A stretch of DNA of 64,000 bases from Octopus sinensis (GCF_006345805.1 NC_042997.1:70556001-70620000), one strand, 5' to 3'; positions 27,970 to 40,826 are shown, counted from the stretch's first letter. Made by a program: numbers and translations. The notes: generated by a model from the sequence alone, not told the origin.

Positions 27970-28579
27970 GCACACATACACACACACAAACACTGTGGAC
28001 AAACTCATACATACACATATATGTAGAATGACATATCTATGCCACAAGCTATGTATTCTTTGTAGTATTAACTGTCAAGAAAGTTTGCTCTGCTGTGTAT
28101 GGTAAAAATGATTATCAAATATTGTGGTTTAACACAAAACTTAGATGTCACAATTCTGAATAGTTATTATAATTCCTTTTTATATGTGTTTGTCTAAGTA
28201 AGAATGAATATTTGTATATATGTCGATGTAGTATTTGTTTTTTTGTTTTTGCTTTTTTGGTGTTTTTTTTCAGGTCGTAAACAACGAAACATTCTAAAAA
28301 GGGAAAAAATATAGACAGCACTAACAGAAATAATAATGAAAGTATAAGGAAAATATTTACGGAAAAAAGGAAAATTAAAATGATGATTAAAATGTTTGAT
28401 ATCTGTAAAGAAATAAACGCCACAGTTGTTGGTGGCATATATGCATATATACAGATAAACCGACATACTTGCGCGCACACATGAATATATGTATGTGGTG
28501 TATGTGTATGTTTGTTCACATATATATTTTTTTATATATACACGCTAAACATATAAACATACGCACACACACACACACA

Positions 28580-28649
<70 letters not shown>

Positions 28650-28679
28650 ATAAATATATGTATGTATATATATATATAC

Positions 28680-28940
28680 ATGCAGAAAGACTGAGATAAA
28701 GAGGTAAGTGGGAGAAAACAGAAATGAGATTGCGTGAACGTAGTTGTAGGTGGAAAAAAAGAGAAAAAGAGAATTTTGAATGTCAAAATATTAAAAAAAG
28801 GTGTCAGTAGAGATTGTAACGTAAACAGAATAAGTAATCTTCAAAAACTATTGTTCGATGAAAATGTGAATTCGCAAAAACGATCTTGTATATATAAATT
28901 ATTGTTTACACATACATATTTGCATATATATATATATATA

Positions 28941-28980
<40 letters not shown>

Positions 28981-29252
28981 CTGTATGTATATTATATATA
29001 TTACATGCAGAAAGACTGAGATAAAGAGGTAAGTGGGAGAAAACAGAAATGAGATTGCGTGAACGTAGTTAGTTGTAGGTGGAAAAAAAGAGAAAAAGAG
29101 AATTTTGAATGTCAAAATATAAAAAAAGGTGTCAGTAGAGATTGTAACGTAAACAGAATAAGTAAATCTTCAAAAACTATTGTTCGATGAAAATTGAATT
29201 CGCAACAAAAACGATCTTGTATATTATAAATTATTGTTTACACATACATATT

Positions 29253-29265
<13 letters not shown>
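28680..29265. repeat. Near-identical tandem duplication of a ~250 bp segment
   Basis: atgcagaaagactgagataaag...gtttacacatacatatttgc at about 28680-28925 and 29006-29260, differing by small indels. Confidence 0.85.
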
Positions 29266-29287
<22 letters not shown>

Positions 29288-29612
29288 CAACAATTGAGGA
29301 ATGGCCTTAATAGGCCATTCGACCCACTAGAAGGAGCAGCCAGGACTCAAACCGCCAAGTAGTAGTAATTCAGAAATTAAAGGTAAATTTAAAAACATTT
29401 ACCCTAATTCATCTTTAGACAATGCATTGTTTCGGTGTTTTTAATGGCAAACCAGCTTAATTAAATTAAATTAAACTAAGTCAATCCACCAAAGGCTACA
29501 CCTCATCGGTAAAGAAGCCAAGGAGGGACAGATATACACGAGACAGCTGATTCTATGCCCTAGGAATATCTGCCCTAAAATTTTCAAAACTATCGTACTC
29601 GCGCCAACTTAT

Positions 29613-29658
<46 letters not shown>

Positions 29659-29688
29659 CTCGTCTCCGCATCTCTCTCTCCTCAGCTC

Positions 29689-29742
<54 letters not shown>

Positions 29743-29799
29743 ATTCTTCATTCTTTCTGGCTTGCCTCACAACCATTCCCCTTTTTTTGTCTCCCTTTT

Positions 29800-30330
29800 T
29801 CTTGCTCCTACTCCTCCCTCCCGTCGTTGACCCGCGACGAGAGCTCTGCTACTGTCTTTCTGACCTGGCTTCCTTGAAGTGTTGACGGCATTTTCTGTTG
29901 CTCCTTCTCGTTCGGCTTAACAGCCCTTCTTGTCTTGTTATTCTCCTTGTCCTGTCTTTTACTGTCGTTACTGTCCTGTTTTTGTTACCATTTTTAACCC
30001 TCCGCAAAAAGATCTCAAATTTTATTTAATTTGCTTTTCGCGGGAAGGAAAGTTTCACATGAAGATGCGTATCGCCTTCACCTTCGAAACGCAGAGTATA
30101 TGAAACCATGGCGACTGAAGAAGGGGAATTTTCCTTGTGTTATTTGTCCTGTACTCTATTTTCCGTTGTTTAAGAAAAATGTCCAGTTCCTTGGTTTTGT
30201 GCTTATGTTTTCGTTTCTCATTGTGTTCGGAGTTTTTTTTTTGGTGTCCTGTACCCATATATGCTTGTATATATATACATGTAGAGATAGGTACGTACAT
30301 ATATGTATGTATATATGCATATGTTTTATT
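29800..30330 (+). mobile_element. ~530 bp non-coding repeat; sister copy at 60655-61230 on the opposite strand
   Basis: Shared modules ccgtcg...cagcccttcttgtc...ccttcgaaacg...gcgactgaagaagggga...gtgtcctgtac...acatgtagag.taggtacgtacatatatg. Confidence 0.7.
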
Positions 30331-30342
30331 TATTAATTTATT

Positions 30343-30373
<31 letters not shown>

Positions 30374-30384
30374 AACTAAATGTG

Positions 30385-31045
30385 GCTGTGCCATAGAGGA
30401 CGACGTTACTGTTGCTTTTAGCCCCAGGAAGACAACATGTCCAACTCGCTAACAACACACTGTGTGCATCCGATTAGCATTTGCGAGAGGATGTCATCAT
30501 TCCCATCTCTCTAGCCTTACGTGAAATACACAGACCTGTGTATCTGGGTTGTTACCCGTCTTCAGTGTGTGATAATCACCAGCAAGTGATGTAAACTCAT
30601 TTCACTGGCAGAATGCTATATCTTTTTTCCAACGACAAACTGTCGCTGATCTCGAAATAGGAGAAATAAGCTATACTAAATCCCTGAGCGATAGGTAAAC
30701 AGTAAACGGTACGGAATAGTAAAATATCTTTGACAACTAAATGAGATTTAATGTAGGTTACTTCTTCTTTTAGGAGATGAGCGACAGTTTGTTGCTGAAA
30801 AAAAAATGACATAGTAGTTTGCGAGTGGAATGAGGTTTTATCATTAGCTGGTGATTATCACACACTGAAGACGGGTAACTACGCTGAAACGCGGATCTGC
30901 GTGCATCAAGTAAGTCTAGAGAACAGAGCGATGAACTCCCCTCGCAAATACTAATTGGACACAGACAGTGTATCTTTGGCCAACTGGAGGAGATGTCTTC
31001 CTGGTACTTAAAACTATAACAGCATTGTCCTCTGTGGTATCGTCA
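30385..31045. mobile_element. Foldback element with ~200 bp diverged inverted arms, each with a decayed hammerhead-like motif
   Basis: Arms about 30385-30590 and 30835-31045 (e.g. ttacccgtcttcagtgtgtgataatcaccagc / gctggtgattatcacacactgaagacgggtaa). Confidence 0.7.
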
Positions 31046-31286
31046 CGTTTAGTTGGCGAATGTATTTTACGATTCCATACTTTTACTGTTTACCATTCGC
31101 TCAGATATTTAATATAGCGTGGGTATATATAGCGAACAACGAGACAAACAAATAGAAAACAAGACAAGTAACAAAAACGATCCTTCATCAGTTGTCGGCT
31201 GTCCATCTACTCCTCTTTTCAAGCAATTAACGACAACTGTATGTATGTATGTATGTATGTATGTATGTATGTATGTATGTATGTAT

Positions 31287-31334
<48 letters not shown>

Positions 31335-31399
31335 CATGCATATACCCACATATACATATACTTGCATATACATACATATACAATACTTTTATTTTTATA

Positions 31400-31497
31400 T
31401 TCTTTTACTGTTCTGTTATTTAACTGCGGCCATGCTGGAGCACCACCTTTAGTCGAACAAATCGCCCCCAGGATTTATTCTTTGTAAGCCTAGTACG

Positions 31498-31580
<83 letters not shown>

Positions 31581-31740
31581 GACGTGCTTGACGTGCTACT
31601 TTTCGATTCCGTCTACCAAATCAATTCATGAAGATTTGGTCGGCCCGAGGCTATAGTAGAAGCCACTTGCCCAAGTGGGACTGAACCCAGAACCATGTGG
31701 TTGGGAAGCAAGCTTCTTGCAACACAGCCACTCCTGCGCG
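31400..31740 (-). mobile_element. CORE-like SINE
   Basis: actgcggccatgctggagcaccacctttagtcgaac... and ggtcggcccgaggctatagtagaagccacttgcccaag...gaaccatgtggttggg. Confidence 0.75.
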
Positions 31741-31759
31741 TATACACACACACATACTT

Positions 31760-31801
<42 letters not shown>

Positions 31802-31875
31802 ACATACATACATACATACATACATACATACATACATACATACATACATACATACATACATACATACATACATAC

Positions 31876-31975
31876 NNNNNNNNNNNNNNNNNNNNNNNNN
31901 NNNNNNNNNNNNNNNNNNNNNNNNNNNNNNNNNNNNNNNNNNNNNNNNNNNNNNNNNNNNNNNNNNNNNNNNNNN
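31876..31975. other. Assembly gap (100 N)
   Basis: Run of N next to (CATA)n. Confidence 1.
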
Positions 31976-33673
31976 TAATACAAAGAAAAACTGTCAGTTG
32001 TAATGTGAACAAACTGTAGTAATTTTCTCTAAAGCTGATGATGAAATTTAATTTTACTATAACGTAAGCAAAATGTTTAAGTAACATAGAAGCATATGTT
32101 TTGATAATCCTAGTTCACGTCTCGCATTAGATTCACATTTAACACAATTTCATTTTTACTTTGCTACTCAAGTAGCGATTATGGAATCCTAATTTCACTA
32201 AATATACAACGTTAATGCCTACGCTTTGAAAAACTAGCTTTGACACATTCGGAAAATACAGGTGAGTCACCGAAGCATTTGGCTACAGTAAAGTTTATGA
32301 CTATATTTTGTGAGTTCTATTTAAGTTAATTTGGAATCAGTTCCTTCTAATTATAACTTTGATAAGTACATACACTGTTTTGGGAAAAAATAAAGTATTA
32401 ACACAGTTTTGTTGAGAAAGGATTATTTAATGGGAAAATATCAAAATTAATTGGTAATGTCGCATATACAGGGAAAAATACATATCTCTCTTAGTGGGAG
32501 GAAGAAGATCAAAGCAGGAAAGAGAAAGAGGATGTTAAGGAAATAACAGTGAACCAGACCAACGAGTTCCTACATAACTTGAATATATATGTCATGCCGC
32601 ATTTTACAGTTGCATACCTAAGTGAAATTTCCACTTATTCTTTCCAGGACCAATTATTCAAAAGCGCAATGTAGGAACATCCGTCATTGCAGCATAATTT
32701 GTTGGAGTCTCGGACTACATACCCCACTTACTGGTTTTCCCTAAATTTCTTTGAATTCCAATATTTAATTAGATGCAGATATGCATCGTTAACCAGATAG
32801 AGGAGATGTCCTCTTGGGGGTTAAAAAATCGCATTAAATCTGTTCGAATGGACAGTAATGTTGAAGTGTCTACGAACATTACTTGTTAGTACAATTGCTG
32901 CGTTGATCTCTTACATTTTAGAACTAGCATTTTTGCTAGATGCAAAATCAGCGACTGTAAGTCGCTTGAAATAAATATTGCCATCTCTAGCAGACGAGAT
33001 TTCCAATACTGAAGAGAGACAGAAGTAGCCGAAAACCAAGTTGGTCAGCTGGACCTGTCACTAGAAGGTGGTAGTGGTTCCCTCCCTTGTTAGCAATATC
33101 TCGGATGCCGCTTAGCATTGTTGACAAGCTAGAGGAGATGTCCTCTTGGGGTTAAAAATCGCAGTACACTCTAATCTAACAGACAGCTATGCTGAAGTAG
33201 CTATGAACATTACTTGATAGTACAACTACTGCGTTCATCTCTTAGAGATTTTAGAACTAGCATTTTTGTTTGTTGAAAACTTAAAAAGTTCTTTGGTGTG
33301 ATGGTATGAGTACATTCATGTAATACCGCTTCTATCACTAATATGTATGTATATATATGTGTGTGTGTGTGTGTGTGCGTGTGTGGTTGTGTGTGTCTGT
33401 ATGTATCTATGTATGTATGCATGTATGTATGTATTATGTATGTATGTGTATATGTATGTATGTAGAGAGAAATTACAAAAAAAAATGACGGGTGTGTAAA
33501 CAACAAACACATGTATTAGTTCAACGCTCGGGAAGTGAGAAAGTCTTTTATGTTTCGAGCCTACGCTCTTCAACAGAAAGGAACACAGAATAAACACGGA
33601 GAGAAAATAGAAAAGGTTTAGCGGCTACCGATCTATCATGGCGAATATATGTATGTATGTATGTATATATATA

Positions 33674-33751
<78 letters not shown>

Positions 33752-33869
33752 TGATGTATTTAAATTAATACTTTTAATAACTGTACAAATAAATACATGA
33801 AATTTTGATACAATATAAAGGACATTAAAAATGAATATGCACTAGTCAAATGTTGCAACAGCACTATAT

Positions 33870-34380
33870 CGTATATGAAAAGTAACATCACTTAAATAGC
33901 AGCTATTTTCGCCTGCGCACGCCCATGTTCTTTCCTAACCTTGCACCATGACACCCTCAAGAGTTTCAGACTCTGCTCCTCTGATTTCCCTATTGATGCT
34001 CTCTTTCAGTTGCACCTGGATCTCCGCTTTGTTGATGTAAACCCTCTCTTTCATGTATCTCAAGAAAATGCCCGGGCTAGTCAAGTTTGGGGAACGTGAA
34101 GACCATTCAATGTAGACTTCACACAGGGTTCCAGCAAAATGGTACAACAGCTCATACCGCAAGAAAAACAATGCACTTGCTACGGCAGTGCTTTGGAGAG
34201 AGAATAATGACCCGCTACGGCAGTGTCAACTGGCAACTAAAGGAGAACATCAATAGAGAAATCAGAGAGGTGGGGTCTGAATCTCTTGAGGGTGTCATGG
34301 TGCAAGGTTAGGAAAGAACATGGGCGTGCGTAGCCGAAAGTAGTTGCTATTTAAGAGATGTTATTTTTCATATGTTCAGT
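33870..34380. mobile_element. Tc1/mariner-superfamily transposase 3' remnant present as an inverted duplication
   Basis: Plus strand GFQQNGTTAHTARKTMHLLRQCFGERIMTRYGSVNW; minus strand WSSRSPNLTSPGIFLRYMKERVY. Both end ...INREIR...ESLEGVMVQG; inverted arms about 33890-34015 and 34235-34355. Confidence 0.8.
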
Positions 34381-35064
34381 AGTAATGATATTGTTGATAG
34401 TACAATGATCCTGCAGGAACACTTTCAGGTATCCACTGTATTTATTATACATGATGTGTTGTCAGGCTATTGAATGGTATTCAGGGGTTTGACTATTTTG
34501 TTGAGTTCACAGCCGTGTTTAACGTGCCATTAACATTCTTCCCATACAGCGTTATTAAATCTCGCAGATGTATGTTAAGACTATTGTACCAATATTCTGT
34601 AATAAGATGTGATCCTGGTAATTTCTTGCTTGTGAGTACGTTTGTGCGTAGGTGTGTGTGTGTAAAATTTTGTAAGTAATATTTGAAATTTAATCACTGA
34701 GAGCAGATGACTTTCTCAAGAGGAGCAAACTCAACGGTGACCTTAGTAATTTACCATAGATAACATGAGTGACAAACAAAATACAAAAATCAATAGACGC
34801 TCACAGTACATTAGATGTAAAATAAATTTCAGCTATTCGAAAATTTTTTATTACTATAATTTATCGGATATTGATTTATAATATCTGCACTACTTATTTA
34901 GAAATGTCAAAAATACGCAACGAGAAAAGGATATGCCAGGAAGGATCTGCAAACATTTAATTAATTATTAATACATACACCGACAAAATCATCCGTGTGA
35001 TATGTTTATACACTCTCTCACACTCACACGCACATGTGTGTAACTGCAATTGGAGAAGCATAAA

Positions 35065-35103
<39 letters not shown>

Positions 35104-35619
35104 TGTATGCAAAAATAGCGCGCGCACGCACACTCACACACACAGGCGCAAACACACATACGCACACATACATATTTGTATGCACACACATGCACATATA
35201 TAAACTGAGACAAACAAGCGTGCTCACACACACATAGAAACGTACATTTAATGTCTCTGCAACATTATTTTAATATATATTACATCACTTTATTATTTTA
35301 TTACCAAGTGGCGTTTCATGTGTGTGTTGGGGTTGTTTGTCTGTGTGATTCTGTGCACAAACTCATATACATATGTGCCCATATAAGGGTTCTGTATAAG
35401 CCATTGAGATATTTTTGCTCCCAGGAAAATAGACTGTGGCTGCATGGATATATGATAACAGAGAAATATACCACGGCCAACAAGGAACTTACATTCATGC
35501 ACAGGTACACACAACTACGCACATACATATCGCACACATATACACGTACGTTGACATTCATGTGTATGTATGTATATATATATATATAAATGTATATATA
35601 TGTGTGTGTGTGTTTGCGT

Positions 35620-35652
<33 letters not shown>

Positions 35653-35681
35653 TATATACATATATACATATATATATATAT

Positions 35682-35714
<33 letters not shown>

Positions 35715-35925
35715 ACGGGAAAGTTAACGAAAATAAACAAAAGACGAAGGCAGGTGGAGCACAAACAAAACAAATGTATTAGTATAGCGCTCAGGAATAG
35801 AAATAGAAAAAGTCTTTTACGTTTCGAGCCTACGCTCTTCGACAGAAAGATACACAGAAAAAAACAAGGAGGGAAACACGGAGAGAAAAAAATGCGTGTA
35901 GGAGCTAACGATCTATCATGGCGTC
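35715..35925 (-). mobile_element. Non-autonomous PLE-like repeat with a minimal hammerhead-like motif; sister copies at 33480-33645 and 62095-62295
   Basis: Three copies share aaaagtcttttacgtttcgagcctacgctcttcgacagaaag and lie within (TA)n. Confidence 0.65.
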
Positions 35926-36067
35926 CTGACTTCGGACAGTGGTCAGACGCGAGACACTATATATATATATATATATAGTGATAGAAAAGATAAGACAGCA
36001 AAAGAATGAAAGAGACCTCGATATTATCTAAATAGAGAAATGTATCTGTAAATGTAATATGTGACAA

Positions 36068-36183
36068 TAAAACTCCGAGTTTCGGATGTCGGGGTGGAAA
36101 TCCACGCTGCCATGGCGGATAACTGAAGAGATGGTGGTGTGGATTTCCACCCCGACGACCGAAACTCAGAGTTTTATCATGGC
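36068..36183 (+). ncRNA. Hammerhead-like motif inside a short inverted duplication
   Basis: gccatg..ataa-CTGAAGA(36123-36129)-gat-GGT...ACC-GAAA-CTC a GAG-TT-ttat-catggc. The junction into stem II is non-canonical and the cleavage triplet is GUU. Confidence 0.35.
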
Positions 36184-36210
36184 TACCGAATAATTATCAC
36201 ATATTATATT

Positions 36211-36255
<45 letters not shown>

Positions 36256-36761
36256 CAGAACACTTACTAGTCTTGGATGACTTATACTTATCCACTAACA
36301 TTTTCTCCTGTAACTAGATAATTTCGAGAACTGTTGCTATGAATCTACATGCATGTATATCTGTGTCTCTGTGCGCGCGCGCGTGTGTTTGTGTTTGCGT
36401 GTGTGGTGTGTGTCTATATCTATATGCTTATACACACACACGTACACACACAAACGCATACACCCACACGTATACACACGTATTTTCATGTGTGTGTGTT
36501 TTTGTGAATATGAGTGTACAGATTTTGACATACGCTTATAAGTGTGTATGTGCATATGTGTGTGTTTGCTTCAGTACATGTCTGCGTTATATATAGCAAC
36601 TTATTTGTGAATGGCAACAAACATAGACAGGACACACACGCACACACCACACACACACACACACATATTTGCTTTGAAGCATATGTGTATTGAGTTCTAA
36701 TACCCAGTTATTAGTATCGGTATGCCTAAGTGAAATAATAATAATGATAATAATAATAATC

Positions 36762-36800
<39 letters not shown>

Positions 36801-37407
36801 TATGAAGAGAGAGAGAGAGAGAGGGAGGGAGATGGAGATGAGAGGGAGAGAAAGGGAGAGAGCGGAATATAAAATTAAATGATAAACCTATAAAAAAAAG
36901 GTGCAGACGTTATAAAGAAGTATGTATAATAAACATGAGATAATTGGATAAATACAATTATACTTCGAAATATGAACTTGGTGTTTGCTGTAGTTGTTTA
37001 GTTCTAGGTCAAAATTTCTTGAACACACCTAAGGCCTGTGTCACTCAGTTGTGACAGCTAAATCTGATATTTTTTATATATATCTTTCCTTTGCTCCACA
37101 ACATCTTGTGCATACTTTTCCTTTGAGGATAGTAGTGTATCATTTGATATTAATGTGGTTCTTTTCAGTGGGACGCGCAAATATGTAGACGTTCTTTAGT
37201 TGACTTGAATGCACTCAAGTATTCGTGCGTATGTGTGTGCCTGTGTAAGTGCACATATTGTGTGAAGTAACAGTCAATTTGCTCCTAAACTCTCAATGTA
37301 GAAGCACTCCATTAGTAAATATTCCAATATTCTGCAAGTTAATTTAGATAATAACCTTATTTAAACATCTGGGAATCGTGTGTGATAGTGCATATATACA
37401 TACATAC

Positions 37408-37471
<64 letters not shown>

Positions 37472-37679
37472 TATATATACATATATATAGATTGGTGGAT
37501 GGATGCATGCATATAGGTACACATACACACGCGCGCACATACATACATCCACAGACCTAAACGCATGCACACCCACATACACTCATATATGTATATATAC
37601 ATACATATGGTTTGTCACAGTCAATTAGTATATGTGCACGATATTAAGTTTGAGAGAACCCTCGGTAGTACTCACGTAA

Positions 37680-38200
37680 GTAGATCAATGCATTAATGTA
37701 CTTCTGATGGGTGAATTCAACTTTCCAAATATCAGATGTTCAGATGGTGATATAATCACAGAAATGACATGCAAAGAGCGATGTCAAACAGAATCTCCGA
37801 TTCATCTCACGAAAATGGTGTTTATTGAGCTCTCTCCAACCAGAAACGATAACATCTCAGGATTCTACTTCCCCAACAATGTGGAAATTATCCACAATGT
37901 GAAGATATCACCGGTAATCTTCTCAGACCAAAACATTTAAGTACTGACAATGTATGGTCCAAAACTAGTTAAAGATGTATTTCCCACAGATGACACCCAA
38001 AGCCAGTCCAGTCTCAACTTCTACAAGGCTTACTGGAATTCAATTGAAACATCTCCAGCACAATTGGCTTAAAAGTTTCTCTATATATGACATTAATAAG
38101 AAGCATAAATTCATGTCAATAATGCGAGTCACATGTGTTATATTGGTCCCAGAAAAAGAGCTATTCCCGAGACAGGAGAGTTCTTATGAGACGAAGGTTT
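37680..38200 (+). mobile_element. Decayed CR1-like LINE APE endonuclease/linker fragment
   Basis: VLLMGEFNFPNIR (GDFN motif variant) ... PTRNDNISGFYFPNN...IIHNVKISPVIFSDQNI (SDH motif variant). Confidence 0.65.
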
Positions 38201-38665
38201 AAGATCTCTAATCGTTTAAATAAATATTTTAAGGATAAACTTACAATAAACAATTTATATTTGAAAGGGATAACCATTAATTATTACTTATAAGACGCCC
38301 AAGGATTCACACAGTGGGTGAACATGGACAATTTTTCTTTACGGAATTGCTTGGAATTCAACTTGGCCGTGATTTTACCTCAGAACATAGAATATCGCGC
38401 AAAATTCTTTGTTCGCTAACGTAATCTAATCTGGTTATCCACTGACATAAGGATACACATGAATTAATAATTAAAAATAACAAGATTACATGTTAACGGA
38501 TGAACAGAATCTCATGTTTTAATGTAGAATTGTTCTTTCAAATACCCTTCATACGAATAAGTAGTTCTAATATACGTGTATGCTAAACAAACATTATGCA
38601 TGAATATATATTTAGAGATACGCCATGCATAAAATGGAGACGACTCAGTTTAACGAATATATATA

Positions 38666-39469
38666 CGAAATCTTATCAATAAGTATCCGGACTGTTGCCA
38701 TAGTGACGAAACTAAAGCACGCAGAGTGAAGACGCTCGGCACAGACTGACCTTGAACTCTGCCGTATTTACGTTCTAGCTCATTGGCACTGTTTACTACA
38801 GCGCTTGGAAGGAAGGTGTATAGCATGTGATCGTCGCATTGACCATGACAGAGCAAGTTCTCATGGTGACATCTACTCAGAGGCATGCACAAAGTTGCAG
38901 AAAGTGTATGGAGAGGAATGTATGAGGCGCACACAAGTGTACGAGTGGTTCAGACGTTTCCAAGATGGCCAAAAAAATGTCGATATTGACGAACGTTCTG
39001 GGAGACCCGTAACCAGCAGAACGAGATCAACATCGCAGATGTGCGTGCAGCTGTGAGGAAAAATTGTCGAATCAGGATCCGGAGGATGTGCAGATTAGTT
39101 ACGGTTCAACTCAGTCCATTATCACACTAGATTTGGGAATGAGTCGCGTGTCTGCCAAGTGTATGCCAAATCTGCTTTCAGGTGACCAAAAAGAACACTC
39201 GGGCTTCCGTTGCACAAAATTTCCTTGATTGTGTTGAGAACAATGAAAAGTTTTTGGCAAAATTTGATGCGGATTTTTGCTCACCTTTCTCACACGCTAC
39301 ACAACTTCCTTCCAAGCACTGCTGTAAACATCGGAAGCGAGTTAAAGCGGTAAAGCTTAGTCTGCATGCACAATAGGGTTGAAGGTCACTCCGTGCCAAG
39401 TGGCTTTACTTTCCGTGCTTTAGCTTTGTTACTACAGCAACATTGCGCATACTTATTGATCAGACCACG
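38666..39469 (+). mobile_element. Mariner element with internal deletion
   Basis: TA-flanked TIRs cgaaatcttatcaataagtatccggactgttgc / gcaacattgcgcatacttattgatcagaccacg. HTH peptide SEACTKLQKVYGEECMRRTQVYEWFRRFQDGQKNVDIDERSGRP. Confidence 0.88.
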
Positions 39470-39521
39470 TACATATATATATATATGTATGTATGTATGT
39501 ACATATATTTATAAACTCATA

Positions 39522-39575
<54 letters not shown>

Positions 39576-39763
39576 GTATGTGTGTATGTATATATATATA
39601 TATATAGTCAATAAAAAGGGTAAAATTAATTAATTATTAATTAATTTGACCGAGCAGTGTTCGGTATGTAAAACGACCATTTACGGTATATTTGAAATAT
39701 TACTTGAAATATTTGAAAGTTATAAAGTTATAAAGTAATACCCTATTTTTATAAAGTAATATA

Positions 39764-39819
<56 letters not shown>

Positions 39820-40089
39820 TATATATATGAAGGCGCATTGTTGAGTGTTTTAGAGCATCGAGCTTATGATCGTGAGGTTGTAGAAATAAGTTGCGACGTC
39901 ACTGGTGCCAAGCTGCATCGGCCTTTGCCTTTCCTTGGATAACATCATTGGCGTGGAGACAGAAGGTTGTTATGCATGGGCGGCTGCTGATTTTCCATAA
40001 AGAACCATGCCCGGACTTGTACCCCGGAGTGCAATGTTCTGGGTACAATCCTATGGTCATTCATGTCCAAAGGGGGACACCCTCACCCT

Positions 40090-40128
<39 letters not shown>

Positions 40129-40130
40129 TA

Positions 40131-40179
<49 letters not shown>

Positions 40180-40609
40180 AGTAGAGGTTAAAGTAGCCTC
40201 ATTAAGTGACAGAAAATATCCAATGAATTACTAGTTTGTTGCCTATTATTTTGATGTGAATAATAATATTCCTAAAATAATAGGCTGAAGTATAAATCTA
40301 GGTTTATAAAAGTTCAAATTGAAATCCAAAATATGAAGAAGTAGTATTAACATAATTTATTAACTGCACAAATTCAACATGTTCTCTTACAGCTGTTTTG
40401 ATTTTGACCGAAAGAATTAAATTACAGCAATAAAAACCTCGTCTGAGATGTAAAATGATATACCGTTAGGTTTTTACATGTTATTCTTTCGAAACATCTC
40501 AACAGAATGATTCTCATTTAATTAATTACTAATATTAGTATAAACCTTGGCCAGAGGGTAATAAGTTGTATAAAGGTAATAACTGGTAAATAAAGGTTAT
40601 ATAAAAATA

Positions 40610-40826
40610 CACGAGGGTCGCTGAAAGGTTCCTGGCTTTAAGGGTATCGCAAAGGGCTTGGTTGGTGGCCCAACCTTCTGGGTTCTTTTAGAGGGTTTAG
40701 AAAAACTGAAGGACCGCTACAGTAACTGTGTGAATCTGAGAGAGGAATATGTTCAATAAATTCATTAACTGATCGTTCTGTATTTCCTTTTACACAAAGC
40801 CAAGCACTTTTCAGTACCCTCTCCCT
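40610..40826 (+). mobile_element. Mariner-derived MITE
   Basis: TIRs cgagggtcgctgaaaggttcctggcttt / aaagccaagcacttttcagtaccctct; internal EGLEKLKDRYSNCVNLR-EYVQ is the mariner C-terminus. Confidence 0.75.

Noticed and set aside
30075-30130. Permuted (type II) hammerhead: ccttc-GAAAC-gcaga-GUA...gcga-CUGAAGA-agggg, with similar order at about 60825-60870, 49475-49520 and 31180-31225 (minus)
   Set aside because: The motif order recurs, but no stem I pairing exists between the base after GUA and the base before CUGA; not supportable as a ribozyme.
33045-33090. Short resemblance to LSU rRNA (gtagtggttccctcc)
   Set aside because: Match is too short and the flanks are not rRNA-like.
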